Shown here: one piece after another, positions 18,932 through 29,062 of the stretch | Numbering within the stretch: the first letter of the stretch is position 1 | Layout of the letters: each line of letters starts with the position of its first letter | Assembly (NCBI GenBank): GCA_934661375.1 | Contig: CAKUJH010000011.1 | Location: 24,795-88,794, forward strand | Direction: 5' to 3' | Length of the DNA: 64,000 bases | Origin: an uncultured Victivallales bacterium | GTDB taxonomy: Bacteria > Verrucomicrobiota > Lentisphaeria > Victivallales > UBA1829 | The notes under the pieces: generated by a model | Told to the model about the DNA's origin: nothing | The model's database searches: none | Seen by the model: only the letters and a program-made list of their open reading frames with translations | Position numbers and translations under genes: made by a program

Positions 18932-21900
18932 ATGCAGCTGTATTTTATGGATTTATGGAGTTTATGGTTTCTGCTTCCCGGCGCGGGATGCTTTTTCCTG
19001 CTGCGGCGACGGGGGGTACGGTTCTGGCAGGGTATGATGATTCTCTGTCTGATTCTGGCAGCGTCCGGACCGGTGCTGCGCTGGACTGGAACGGAGCCGG
19101 AAACTCTGCTGCTGACCGAACGGATACCGGGAGTGAAAACGGATATTCCGGCGGATTTGCAGCGGCGTGCCGGGGTGCGGCAGCGGGATTACACCGGAAG
19201 CACGGCGGCAGCGCTGGCGGATGCCGGAGCCGGATTCCGTTCCGGAAACGGCGGCGAAATTCATCTGTTCAGCACGTTTCATGAAACTTCCGGTTCGGTG
19301 TCCCGTTCCGCCGCGGCGCTGAACCGGCGGAACATCCGGGTTATTGCGCATTCGCAGACGCCCGAAAAAATCCGGCGTCCGGTTCTGCGCGGATTAAGCT
19401 GCAATCCAGCGGCAGGCTGCGGAGAACGGATCCGGCTTGAAGCCGAATTGGCGGTTCCGCATCCGTCCGAAACGGAGTTGAAACTGTGCCGCGCCGACGG
19501 CAGAGTCCTGACTTCCCGGCGCATTGCGTCCCGTCCGGACGGTCTGTCGCGGACAAGTCTGGAGTTTTCGCTGTCAGAACCGGGCGAATATGCCCTGCGG
19601 CTGGAGTTGGACGGTGCTGCCGCCGCGGAGATTCATCTTGCCGTATCTGCACCGTACCGTGCCGTTCTGATTTCTGCACAGCCGGAACTGGAACTGCCGG
19701 CATTGCGGGAGCTGTTCCGCGGAGCGGAAATCGAACTCCGGGAACCGTCCCGGAAATTTTCCTCCGCGGCATTGCTGGTGATCGGTGAAGGCGGCGTACG
19801 TACGTTGAAAGCGTCTGAACTGAAAGAACTTGCCGAAACGGTAAAAAACGGCGCCGGACTGCTGTACTTTGCCGGGACGGACATTCCGTTTGCGGAAGAA
19901 AAACTGCCGTCCGCGTTTCGGGAACTGCTGCCCGTCCGTTATGCCGGAAAAAATCTGAACCGGATGCCGACGACCGCGCTGGCAATCATCATTGATACAT
20001 CGGGCAGCATGAGCGGCACCCGGCTGGCATTGGCGCGGGAGACTGCGCGTCTGGCGCTGGACAAGCTCCGTGACTGCGACATGGCGGGGATCGTGGAATT
20101 TCACGGCCGCCGCCGCTGGGCGGCGCCGCTCCAGAGTGCCGCCAATCATCTGGAACTGCATCGGGCTCTCAACCGTCTGAACGCCGGCGGCGGGACGGTG
20201 ATTCTGCCAGCCTTGCAGGAGGCATTTTACGCTTTGCGCAATGCCGACGCGCGCCTGAAACATGTTCTCATCATTACCGACGGCGGCGTGGAGCAAGGCG
20301 ATTTTGAAGGTCTGCTGCGGCGCATGGCGGAGAACGATATTACCGTGTCAACCGTCATGACCGGGAGCGGACAAAGCCCGTTTCTGAGCCGTCTTGCCTG
20401 GTGGGGCGGCGGGCGTTTCTACACGGCATCCAGCCGTTTTGCTCTGCCGGAACTGGCTTTCCGGCAATCGGGCAGAGAGTCGCTTCCGCCGTTCCGTACC
20501 GGCCCGTTTTCTCCGGAAGTCCACAGCGGCTGGCAGCTGTTTTCCGGACTGTCATCTGTACCGTCTGTTCCCGGCGTGCTGGAAAATACACTGGCGTCCG
20601 GAGCGGAGGAAGCGATCCGCGCGGGACAGCAGCCGCTGATTGCTCTGCGCCGTGCGGGAGCGGGAATGGTCTGCGCGGTGAATACCGGTCTGTCCGGGGA
20701 TGTCATGCAGAACTTTTACCGTCAGCCGGCGGTTGCCGGAATGTTTTCCGCATTGGGGCGTTCTCTGCCGGATCCTGTTCGGATGCAGCCGTTTGCGGTT
20801 CGGGATTATTCCGTTCTGCAGGATATTCATTTCCGGTTTGAACGGGCTGGACAGATTCCATATCTTTATGCGGAATTGTCTGCACCGTCCGGAAAAACGG
20901 AGCGTTACCGTCTTGAACGGGCGGCGGATCAGACATTTCATTTCCGGCGTTACGGATTGCCGGAAGGAACATATCACCTGAAAATTTCAGAAACTGCGGA
21001 TATGCGCAATCCGCTCCAGTTTCCGTTTGATTCCTTCGCTGCGCCGGCGTCCGGCTGGACTGCGGAAGATCACCGGACTGCGGAAGAAATCACGCGGCGT
21101 TCGCTTCTTTTGCCGGAACCGGGAGCAGCAATACGGCAGTTTTATCTGCGTCCGGTGTTCGGCGGACTTTTCATCCTGCTGATGCTGGTGCAGCTTCTGC
21201 TGCGCCGTCTGCCGTCGCGTCTGGCTCTGACTGCCGGACTGCTTTGCGTGAGCTGTCTGGTGTTCGGCGGCGAGTATGAAACTCAGTTGAAGAACGGATT
21301 GCTGGGCCATCAGCCGGAAACGGCGTTTCGTCTGGCGGCGGAGAAGGCAAGAACTGCTTCCGATCTCCGTTTTGCTCTGCTGCTGGAATTGGAAACAGCC
21401 CGGAATCATGGACATCAGGAGGAACTGCTCCGCCGTTGGTCCGCCCTGTCTGCCATGGAACCGGAACGTCTGGAACTGCTGGTCAACGCCTGTGAAGATG
21501 CGGGACAGCCGGAACGTGCTCTGGCTGTGCTGAAACAGCATGGCGGCGGTCTGGATGGACGTTTTGCACCGACGCTGATCCGTCTGGCGGAGAAATGCGG
21601 CAGGAGTGATCTGTTGCGCACGGAGATTCAGCAGCAGCTGAAACGGAATCCGCGTTCAATGTTTCTGCTGAATGCGGCGTTCCGTCTGGAACTGCTGGCA
21701 GGACGTCGTGCGGCGGCGGAGGAATTGCTGGATCAGCGGCTGAAAACGGAGAATGACCCCGCTGTTCTGCGTCTGCTGGCAGAATCAGCGGAGAAAGCCG
21801 CGCTTTATTCCTGTGCCGAGCGTATTCTGCGGAAAGAGGAACAGGTTTCCGCGGAAGGAGTCTGGCCCGCCCGGTTCCGCCGCATGGATCTGGCTGTTCA

Positions 21901-24900
21901 CCGCGGTGATCCTGCCGGAGCCGTAAAGCTGCTGCGGAGTTTTGCCGCAGAAAAAAATCTGTCCCGTGGAATTCTGCTGAACCTTGCCGACCGCTGTGAA
22001 CAATACGGCGATTCCGTGACCGCACTGGAGCTGTACCGCCGGGCTGGCAGTGAAGACGCCCGGATTCGTGCCGCTATGCTGCTGGAAGGTCTGGGACGGA
22101 ATCCGGAAGCCGCAAAACTCTGGAATGAGGTGTTCCGCACTTCGGAAAATGAAATGCGCGCGCGTCAGGCGATGGAACGTCTGCTGGATTTGTCTGCCGC
22201 CGCCGGGAAACTGCCGGAAACCGCTGCCGCACTGGAACAGAAATTGAAGCAGAAGCCGTCATTGCGTCTTAAAACTTTTTATGCGCACGTGCTGTTCCGA
22301 GCCAATCGGCTGGATGAGCTGTTCCATTATCTGGATCTTCAGGAAAAAAACGGTGAAACCGGACTTGCCGGGCTGAAACTTTCTTTCCTGCTGTCGGCAC
22401 GCCGGTACAAAGAAGCGTCAGCTCTGCTGGAACAGAAAAAAACGGCGGATCCGGAAAAACGCGCGGAAATACTGCGTCATCAGGTTCTGATTGCCGTTGA
22501 AGCCGGTGACAAGACTTTGGCACACCGGGCAGCGGATGAGCTGCTGCGCATTGCGCCCCGCCGTGCCGACGCGCTGGAATTTGCCGCCGGGGTATATTCT
22601 CTGCTGAATGAGCCGGCGAAAGCGGTGGAAATGTATGATGAGTGCCTGAAAGAAAATCCGTCGCGGATTGAATTGTATCTGCTTCGCGCCAAAGCGCAGA
22701 AGGCTGCCGGAGCGGGCAGGCGGGCCCAGGCGTTTTTCGTGGAGAAACTGCGGGAACCGGTTTCCGCGGATTTCTTCGGAATTGCGGCGGACGGTCTGCT
22801 GGATCTGAATGTTCCGAAAGAAGTTCTGCGGCAAGTGCTGGCGGAAACCATGAAACGGCTCAACGCCGATCCGGAACTGCTGTTCTATTACCGTTTGGCG
22901 GAAGACCTGGCGGAGGAACTGGGCGACCGGGCGGTGTGGCGTCATCTTCAGCTGCTTCAGCTGGCTGCGGCACCGGAACGGCGCACTCTTCTGCTGCGCG
23001 GTTTATATGAGGATGCTGTGGTCTGCGGACGCCGGAAAGATTCGTTCCGTCTGGCGCGCCTGTTGTCCGGATGGAATGAAATCTATCCGCCGGAATTGTA
23101 CCGGTCATTGTCGGGTGAACTCACGGAAAACGGATTTTTCGCCGCGGCGGAACGTTGTGTCCGTCAGGCGGATGCAGCGGAAAACAGCAGCCGGCATCTG
23201 TTTGCCTTGACGCAGGTCTGTCTGGATGCCGGACGACCGGCGGATGCGGCACGGATTTGCCGGGAACTGCTGAGTCTGTCTCCGGACTCTCCGGAGTATC
23301 TGATCCGGTATGCCGAGGTTCTGGAAATATCCGGAGAATACCGCCGTGCCGGTGAACAGAATCTGCGTGCGTTGTCGCTGCTGGCGTCCCGTATGGTGCT
23401 GGATCAGGGGCAGGGCAAAGGGAGCAGCAGTGCCGTGTTTGAACGCCAGATCCGCCCGGTGATCTGCGCCTTTGCTAATCAGTTTGTTCTGTGTCCGGGG
23501 GTATTTGATGCAGAGCTTGCCGTTCTGGAAAAGACTGCCGGAGCCGCCGCCCGCCGCCGGGTGTGGAATCCTCTGCGGAAACGCATGAATGCACTGACCG
23601 GTTTGCCGGTTCCGTCTGCGGTCCGGAGGAATGCCGTGCCGGGCAGCCGTCCGGTTCCCGCTGATGTGCTGGCATACCGTCTGGCAGTTCTGCCGGAAAC
23701 GGAAGCCGTAAAGGAAGTGGAACAGACCTTCCGGAAATTATCCGCCGGACAGCGTTCTCCGTATTGGGAGCGGCTGGTTGGTTCGCTGTGTGCCGAGCCG
23801 CCGGCGCGCGTGTCGGCAGTACTGGAACGGGAATTGACCCGGCTGACTTTCCGGAATACCGGTATCCGCTGGCAGTTTTCCGCTTACGGGCTGGCATTGA
23901 AACGCAAGTATGCGGAACTGTTTCTGAAAAAGTTTCCGGAGTCTCTCCATGCCTTGTCCCTTGCCGCGCAAATCCGTTATCTGACCGGCGATCCTGCGGG
24001 AGCGCGTCTGCTGGCAGGGGAAGTGTATGAACGTTTTGCCGGACTTGTCGAAGTGAAGTTTCCGGAATACCGCGCCGGTTTGGAGCTAAACCGGATTTTT
24101 GCCGCAGCGGACAGCGAAGCGGAAAACGCCGGGAAACATGCCCGGAGCGAGTTGCAGGCTTCCGTGGAGTCGGACCGGAAACTGCTGGGCGATACTCCGG
24201 CGCGGACTTTGACCGCCGTGCTTCTGCTGAAAGGCGAAGGGAAATATGACGCTGCACTGGATGAGCTGTTCCGTCTCTGGAAAAACGGGGAACGCGGACT
24301 GGTGGTTTTCCGATTGTCGGAGGAACTGACCGTCCGCACTGGCCGTTACCGTGAATGGCTGGAACTGCTTTCCTCCTATGAAACCAAAGATGTTTCGGTT
24401 CGAGTGCTTGCCGCCCGGCGGCAGGTGCAGCTGTTCCGGGATGTGGGGGAATACCAGCGGGCGCGGCAGAGTCTGCCGATGCTGGCGGTTCCGCTTCAGA
24501 AAAGGGAACGGCTGCTGACGGAACGTTTTATGCTTTCACCGGAAAGATTTGCCGCAGGACTGCGTAGCTTCCTGATCGGCCAATGCCGTACCGGACAGTT
24601 CGTCGGTTTTTATGCGGACAGTTTCGGGACGGATGGTCTGACCGGTTACAGACTGCGCGGCGGACGGCGTGCGAATTTGCTGCCGGAACTGGCGGTGCGC
24701 GACCGTGCTTTGAATGATACTCTGGGCAGTCTGCTGCGCGGAACCCCTGTTGCGGAACGCGGATTCGCTGTACTGTTTGAAGCCTGGCGGAATACTCTGC
24801 CGGGAAACGGGAACCCGCATTCCGCCGGCACGGAAAAAACGGTTCCTGCTCTGCTGGCAATGCGGACCGTTTCCGGCGGATCTTATCATGCCGGAGAGAT

Positions 24901-25681
24901 TGCCATGGCGGAAAAACTGATCCGCAATTCCGCCGTTCCGGTGGAAAACGCTGTCATCTTTCTGGATATACTGCCGCGAGCCGGGCAGTCCTCTGCCGCG
25001 GCAGGTCTGGCGGAACGGGTGCTTCAGTCGCCGCAGCCGTCGAAACAGCGCGAACTCCTGGAGTCTCTGCTGAAACGGATGGAACCGCAGAAACGGCGTG
25101 CTGTCCTGCTGCGTCTGGCTTCGCTGATTCCGGAAAATGACTGTGCTCTGCGGGTTTTCTGGCTCGGCATGACACGCACTTATGAACCGTCCCTGCTGCC
25201 GGAAATGCGCGGTCTGCTGTGCCGTCCGGCTGTTTTTCCTGCGGATACGGAATTGTATCTGCTGTATGGACAAGGTTCTGCACAGGAACGGATTCTACGT
25301 TTTCTGACGGTTGCGGAACGTTATCCGGACTGGCAGATTCTGTTCCTGATTCCGGATGAAACGGAAAAACAGTCTCTGGCGGATGCCGCGGAAAAAGCTC
25401 TGGAAACTGCTTTGCGCCGGGGGCTGCTGCCCGAAGATGAACTGGTTCGGCATTATGTCCTGCTGTCTGTTGCAGACCCCGTCCGGAAAGCATACTGGCA
25501 GACCCGTGCCGCCTTGCATGACCGTCAGCCGGGGGAAAGTTCCCTGTGGCGTCTGGACAGTCTGGAAAATCCGGCGGAACGTGCCGCTTTGCTGAAAAAA
25601 TTATCTTCTGCCGGACGGCTTCCGCCGCAGCGCAGAAATACAAACCAAAACCCTGTTACAGGAAAGGAATCCCTGCAATGA
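18932..25681 (+). CDS. Giant (2249 aa) BatA/BatB-like protein: N-terminal double-TM domain, vWA domain with MIDAS, internal TM segment, ~1400-aa TPR/alpha-solenoid array
   Basis: vWA: IIIDTSGSMSG...TVILPALQEAFYAL...HVLIITDGG. TM near aa 745-785. Long Leu/Ala/Arg-rich helical repeats follow. A single uninterrupted ORF. Confidence 0.8.
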   Translation: MQLYFMDLWSLWFLLPGAGCFFLLRRRGVRFWQGMMILCLILAASGPVLRWTGTEPETLLLTERIPGVKTDIPADLQRRAGVRQRDYTGSTAAALADAGAGFRSGNGGEIHLFSTFHETSGSVSRSAAALNRRNIRVIAHSQTPEKIRRPVLRGLSCNPAAGCGERIRLEAELAVPHPSETELKLCRADGRVLTSRRIASRPDGLSRTSLEFSLSEPGEYALRLELDGAAAAEIHLAVSAPYRAVLISAQPELELPALRELFRGAEIELREPSRKFSSAALLVIGEGGVRTLKASELKELAETVKNGAGLLYFAGTDIPFAEEKLPSAFRELLPVRYAGKNLNRMPTTALAIIIDTSGSMSGTRLALARETARLALDKLRDCDMAGIVEFHGRRRWAAPLQSAANHLELHRALNRLNAGGGTVILPALQEAFYALRNADARLKHVLIITDGGVEQGDFEGLLRRMAENDITVSTVMTGSGQSPFLSRLAWWGGGRFYTASSRFALPELAFRQSGRESLPPFRTGPFSPEVHSGWQLFSGLSSVPSVPGVLENTLASGAEEAIRAGQQPLIALRRAGAGMVCAVNTGLSGDVMQNFYRQPAVAGMFSALGRSLPDPVRMQPFAVRDYSVLQDIHFRFERAGQIPYLYAELSAPSGKTERYRLERAADQTFHFRRYGLPEGTYHLKISETADMRNPLQFPFDSFAAPASGWTAEDHRTAEEITRRSLLLPEPGAAIRQFYLRPVFGGLFILLMLVQLLLRRLPSRLALTAGLLCVSCLVFGGEYETQLKNGLLGHQPETAFRLAAEKARTASDLRFALLLELETARNHGHQEELLRRWSALSAMEPERLELLVNACEDAGQPERALAVLKQHGGGLDGRFAPTLIRLAEKCGRSDLLRTEIQQQLKRNPRSMFLLNAAFRLELLAGRRAAAEELLDQRLKTENDPAVLRLLAESAEKAALYSCAERILRKEEQVSAEGVWPARFRRMDLAVHRGDPAGAVKLLRSFAAEKNLSRGILLNLADRCEQYGDSVTALELYRRAGSEDARIRAAMLLEGLGRNPEAAKLWNEVFRTSENEMRARQAMERLLDLSAAAGKLPETAAALEQKLKQKPSLRLKTFYAHVLFRANRLDELFHYLDLQEKNGETGLAGLKLSFLLSARRYKEASALLEQKKTADPEKRAEILRHQVLIAVEAGDKTLAHRAADELLRIAPRRADALEFAAGVYSLLNEPAKAVEMYDECLKENPSRIELYLLRAKAQKAAGAGRRAQAFFVEKLREPVSADFFGIAADGLLDLNVPKEVLRQVLAETMKRLNADPELLFYYRLAEDLAEELGDRAVWRHLQLLQLAAAPERRTLLLRGLYEDAVVCGRRKDSFRLARLLSGWNEIYPPELYRSLSGELTENGFFAAAERCVRQADAAENSSRHLFALTQVCLDAGRPADAARICRELLSLSPDSPEYLIRYAEVLEISGEYRRAGEQNLRALSLLASRMVLDQGQGKGSSSAVFERQIRPVICAFANQFVLCPGVFDAELAVLEKTAGAAARRRVWNPLRKRMNALTGLPVPSAVRRNAVPGSRPVPADVLAYRLAVLPETEAVKEVEQTFRKLSAGQRSPYWERLVGSLCAEPPARVSAVLERELTRLTFRNTGIRWQFSAYGLALKRKYAELFLKKFPESLHALSLAAQIRYLTGDPAGARLLAGEVYERFAGLVEVKFPEYRAGLELNRIFAAADSEAENAGKHARSELQASVESDRKLLGDTPARTLTAVLLLKGEGKYDAALDELFRLWKNGERGLVVFRLSEELTVRTGRYREWLELLSSYETKDVSVRVLAARRQVQLFRDVGEYQRARQSLPMLAVPLQKRERLLTERFMLSPERFAAGLRSFLIGQCRTGQFVGFYADSFGTDGLTGYRLRGGRRANLLPELAVRDRALNDTLGSLLRGTPVAERGFAVLFEAWRNTLPGNGNPHSAGTEKTVPALLAMRTVSGGSYHAGEIAMAEKLIRNSAVPVENAVIFLDILPRAGQSSAAAGLAERVLQSPQPSKQRELLESLLKRMEPQKRRAVLLRLASLIPENDCALRVFWLGMTRTYEPSLLPEMRGLLCRPAVFPADTELYLLYGQGSAQERILRFLTVAERYPDWQILFLIPDETEKQSLADAAEKALETALRRGLLPEDELVRHYVLLSVADPVRKAYWQTRAALHDRQPGESSLWRLDSLENPAERAALLKKLSSAGRLPPQRRNTNQNPVTGKESLQ

Positions 25682-26502
25682 GAATCCCGTTGTTGACCGC
25701 CGCCGTACTGCTCGCCGCCGTAACGGCATTCGCCCATGGACCCGCCCAGCCGCCGCTGAAATCTCCGGCGGCAGCCGCTCTCCGCAAAGGAGATCTGGAA
25801 ACGGCTCTGACTCTGTTTGAATCCGAAATCAAAGCCTCTCCGGATGAGCCCCGGCTGAAACAGCATTATGCAGAACTGAAGACTCATCTGCGGCGTGAAA
25901 AAATGTTTGCCGCGGAACAGAATCCGGAAATGAAAACCCGGATCGGGCGTCAGCTCCGGCGTTTCTATTACAAGTGCGGAATGTTCGGCAAAGCAGAACA
26001 GACCGACCGCGCCGTTTATGCGGCGGATGCCTCCGAAGCCAATGCCGTCAGCTTGGGCGTTACTCTGCTGAATACCGGTAAAAATCAGGAAGCGGCGGAA
26101 CTGTTCCGCAAGGTGAATCTGGACAAAGCCAAGCCCGGCGTGGTGCTTTGTGCCGCTCTCGCAGAAGCGCGTACCGGCAGCAAGGAAAATTCCGTAAAAC
26201 TGTTGAGCCGTTTCTCCGTGGAAAAAATGGATGCCAACAGCCTTCAATTGTATGCCCGCTGTGCCGCGCTCAACGGCGATGCCGCTGGAACTGCCGCCGC
26301 AGTCCGCCGTATTCTGGAACAGACCAAAGCCAAACAGCATCCGTCTCTGAAAAAACATCTGTTCAGCACTCCGGATTTCCGGAATGTGGCGGAACAGGAA
26401 AGTTTCAAGGCTGCATTGAATACTGAATCCAAAGTGAAGGATAATTGCGATACTTGTCCTAAACGCGGAACCGCGGAATGCGAGGATAATCAGAAACACT
26501 GA
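25678..26502 (+). CDS. Secreted TPR-like protein with C-terminal Cys cluster (BatE-like position)
   Basis: Start overlaps the stop of the giant ORF (ATGA). Signal peptide MRIPLLTAAVLLAAVTAFA. Helical repeats. C-terminal CDTCPKRGTAEC. Confidence 0.65.
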   Translation: MRIPLLTAAVLLAAVTAFAHGPAQPPLKSPAAAALRKGDLETALTLFESEIKASPDEPRLKQHYAELKTHLRREKMFAAEQNPEMKTRIGRQLRRFYYKCGMFGKAEQTDRAVYAADASEANAVSLGVTLLNTGKNQEAAELFRKVNLDKAKPGVVLCAALAEARTGSKENSVKLLSRFSVEKMDANSLQLYARCAALNGDAAGTAAAVRRILEQTKAKQHPSLKKHLFSTPDFRNVAEQESFKAALNTESKVKDNCDTCPKRGTAECEDNQKH

Positions 26503-26523
26503 TATTGTTCTGTTTTTTCTGAA

Positions 26524-26568
26524 TCTGGACTTTATGTCTTTCGGGTCATATCGTCCAGATTTTTTTTA
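26524..26568. terminator. Bidirectional rho-independent terminator between convergent genes
   Basis: TCTGGAC...GTCCAGA stem followed by a T8 run. Coordinates approximate (+/-2). Confidence 0.55.
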
Positions 26569-27468
26569 TTGCGGCAAAGAGCCGAATTTATCCTGAACCG
26601 TATCCAGAAAAATTTCAGCGGCTTTGCTGAATACCTGATATTTTTTCCAGACAATGTTCAGTCCGGATTCCAGCCGCGGAGTCAGCGGACGGAAACACAG
26701 ATTGTGATGTTCTCCCGCTATGAGCATGTGGTCAAGGGAAAGAGCGCAGCCGATTCCCGCTTCCACCATCAGCGCGGCATTGTAGAACAGGTTGTAAGTG
26801 GCAACCACATTCAGTTTTTCAAAGCGGCTGCCGAACCATGCGGCGAACGGGTTGCGCACCGGGGACTGTTCTTCATTCATTCTGGAACAGATCAGCGGCT
26901 GATGAAGCAGATCGTCCGGATTCAATTCTTTTTTCTTCGCCAGCGGATGGTCTTTCCGCATGACCACTCCCCAGATATTTTTAGCCGGAAGCGTAACATA
27001 ATCATACTTGGAAATATCGACTGGCTGGATGAGGACGCCGAAATCCAGAATGCCTTTGTCCAGCCGTTCCATGACATCGGCGGCATTTCCGCTGAAAATA
27101 TGGTATTTGATTTCCGGGTAAATTCCCCGCAGTTCCCGAATGATTTCAGCGATCAGCATCATGGCGTTGGTTTCGCCGCCGCCGATGTAGACTTTGCCGC
27201 TGATGAAATTGCCCATTGCGCTGAAATCGGCTTCGGTACGTTTGACCATTTCCACGATTTCTTCGGCGCGTTTGCGCAGAAACATGCCTTCAGGGGTGAG
27301 CGTGATGTTCCGGTTGCTCCGGATAAACAGCTGCTGTCCCAGTTCATCTTCCAGTTCCTGCAGCTGCCGGGAAAGAGTCGGCTGGGTAACGTGCAGAAAT
27401 TCTGCCGCCCGGACAATTGTTCCTTCTCGTGCGACTGCGAGAAAATAACGCAATACTCTGAGTTCCAT
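26566..27468 (-). CDS. LysR family transcriptional regulator
   Basis: N-terminal HTH MELRVLRYFLAVAREGTIVRAAEFLHVTQPTLSRQLQELEDELG, plus LysR substrate-binding domain. Confidence 0.9.
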   Translation of the reverse strand: MELRVLRYFLAVAREGTIVRAAEFLHVTQPTLSRQLQELEDELGQQLFIRSNRNITLTPEGMFLRKRAEEIVEMVKRTEADFSAMGNFISGKVYIGGGETNAMMLIAEIIRELRGIYPEIKYHIFSGNAADVMERLDKGILDFGVLIQPVDISKYDYVTLPAKNIWGVVMRKDHPLAKKKELNPDDLLHQPLICSRMNEEQSPVRNPFAAWFGSRFEKLNVVATYNLFYNAALMVEAGIGCALSLDHMLIAGEHHNLCFRPLTPRLESGLNIVWKKYQVFSKAAEIFLDTVQDKFGSLPQ

Positions 27469-27482
27469 GAAGATACTCCGTT

Positions 27483-27959
27483 TTATTCCTGCGGGGTGAT
27501 TCCCGGTTCCGTCTGGATTTTCAAAGCAGTTTTCGGATTGTAGCGGTCTGTGTCGCCGGACGCCAGAAGTTTCTTGTAATAATCCTTTTTATATTTCAGA
27601 ATGTTCATCTGTTTCCGGAGATTTTTCATCTGTTCACGCAGAATTTTTTCCTGCTGGAAAATCAGTTCAGCTCGTTCGGGAATGGTGGAATCGCCGCGCT
27701 GACACATGTCGATATAACTTTTCACTCCTTCGATGGAGAGTCCGGTGGAACGCAGACAATGAATGAGTTTCAGCCAGCTGACATTGTAATCAGAAAACAG
27801 CCGGGCGTTTCCTTCCGAGCGGTCGACATCAGGAATCAGTCCGATGTTGTCGTAATAACGGACGGTATACGGAGAAAGTTCCATCATTTCGGCGACCTGC
27901 CGGACGGAATATTTCGGAGTGCGGTCGTGCAGAAAACTGAATGATTTGTTTTTGGACAT
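27483..27959 (-). CDS. MerR family transcriptional regulator
   Basis: YSVRQVAEMMELSPYTVRYYDNIGLIP HTH followed by a coiled-coil dimerisation helix. Confidence 0.85.
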   Translation of the reverse strand: MSKNKSFSFLHDRTPKYSVRQVAEMMELSPYTVRYYDNIGLIPDVDRSEGNARLFSDYNVSWLKLIHCLRSTGLSIEGVKSYIDMCQRGDSTIPERAELIFQQEKILREQMKNLRKQMNILKYKKDYYKKLLASGDTDRYNPKTALKIQTEPGITPQE

Positions 27960-28063
27960 GACGATTTTCTTTCATGGTTTGAAAACTTAGAGCAACTTTA
28001 ATATATCGGCGGCATTTTCATTTGTCAAGCATATCGGGAGAAAAATTTTTTCTGAAAATGATT

Positions 28064-28100
28064 TGACTTAGAGCTGCTGTAAGGTTTATGGTATCAGCAT
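28064..28100 (+). promoter_or_regulatory. Candidate MerR-type promoter/operator (TTGACT, ~18-19 bp spacer with CTTA...TAAG inverted repeat, TATGGT) driving the divergent redox operon
   Basis: Sequence-level motif search by eye; coordinates approximate. Confidence 0.35.
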
Positions 28101-28194
28101 GGAGGTGCGGAATGGAACGGGGAGTCTATGCTTGAAAGGCATATGCTGGTATAGAAAAGAAATATTTGCTATTCGTTGAAATCCGAATTATAGT

Positions 28195-28473
28195 ATGGCT
28201 GTGATCGGAAGAAACGGAGGTGCAGATTTGGAGGAAACTTCATTGAATCAGACGGAGTTTCTGTTGAAACGCAATCTGAAGGATGCGGGATTCGGACCGA
28301 AACAGACGGAACGGTTCCTGCAGCTCCGGATGGAAGGCAGAAACCGGGAACTGGAGTTGATGCTGGCGGAACTGCGGGTGTCGCTCCTGAAAAAAGTGCA
28401 TGAAAACCAGAAACGGATCGATTGTCTGGACTATTTGAAAAATAAAATCAAACAGAAGGAAACGGAATCATGA
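28195..28473 (+). CDS. Small hypothetical helical protein (92 aa), first gene of MerR-divergent operon
   Basis: ORF with its stop overlapping the flavodoxin start (ATGA). No family recognised. Confidence 0.4.
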   Translation: MAVIGRNGGADLEETSLNQTEFLLKRNLKDAGFGPKQTERFLQLRMEGRNRELELMLAELRVSLLKKVHENQKRIDCLDYLKNKIKQKETES

Positions 28474-29054
28474 AAAACAAAATGTCAGCTCTTGCCATGG
28501 CCGCCGCAATGTTCACTGTCGGCGGATGCGCCCAGGAAACCGTCGCCGCGGAAAAAGCATCTGCGGAACCGGGAAAAATTCTGATCGCGTATTACTCGTA
28601 CAGCGGCAACACGAAATTCGCGGCGGAAGTGATTCAGAAAGCCACTGGGGGAACGCTGTTCGAAATTGTGCCGGTCAAAGCGTATTCCGCCAATTACAAT
28701 GAATGTGTGGCGCAGGCGAAAAAAGAAATCCGCGCCGGATTCAAACCGGAACTCAAAGCCAATGCGGCAGATTTTGCCAAATATGAGGTGATTTTCGTCG
28801 GTACGCCGAACTGGTGGAGCACCATGGCGCCGCCGGTGCTGACTTTCCTGGCATCGAACAATTTTACCGGAAAGACAGTCATACCGTTTGCAACTCATGG
28901 CGGCGGGGGAATGGCGGACTGCGAAAGCGACATGCACAAGGCTCTGCCGAATGCGAAGTTCGCGAAAGGCGGCGCATTTTCCGGCAGCCGTGTGCGCAGT
29001 TCCGAAGCCGCAATCCGTGATTGGGTGAACAGCGTCGTGGAAATCAAAAAATGA
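28470..29054 (+). CDS. Flavodoxin-family lipoprotein
   Basis: Lipoprotein signal (MAAAMFTVGGC). ILIAYYSYSGNTKFAAEV and FVGTPNWW...ATHGGGG match the flavodoxin fold. Confidence 0.8.
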   Translation: MKNKMSALAMAAAMFTVGGCAQETVAAEKASAEPGKILIAYYSYSGNTKFAAEVIQKATGGTLFEIVPVKAYSANYNECVAQAKKEIRAGFKPELKANAADFAKYEVIFVGTPNWWSTMAPPVLTFLASNNFTGKTVIPFATHGGGGMADCESDMHKALPNAKFAKGGAFSGSRVRSSEAAIRDWVNSVVEIKK

Positions 29055-29062
29055 GGTGAGAC

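Noticed and set aside
25525-26499. 324-aa minus-strand ORF overlapping the TPR gene
   Set aside because: The + strand ORF has a signal peptide, translational coupling (ATGA) to the upstream gene and TPR-like helices. The minus-strand product is Phe/Gly-rich nonsense.
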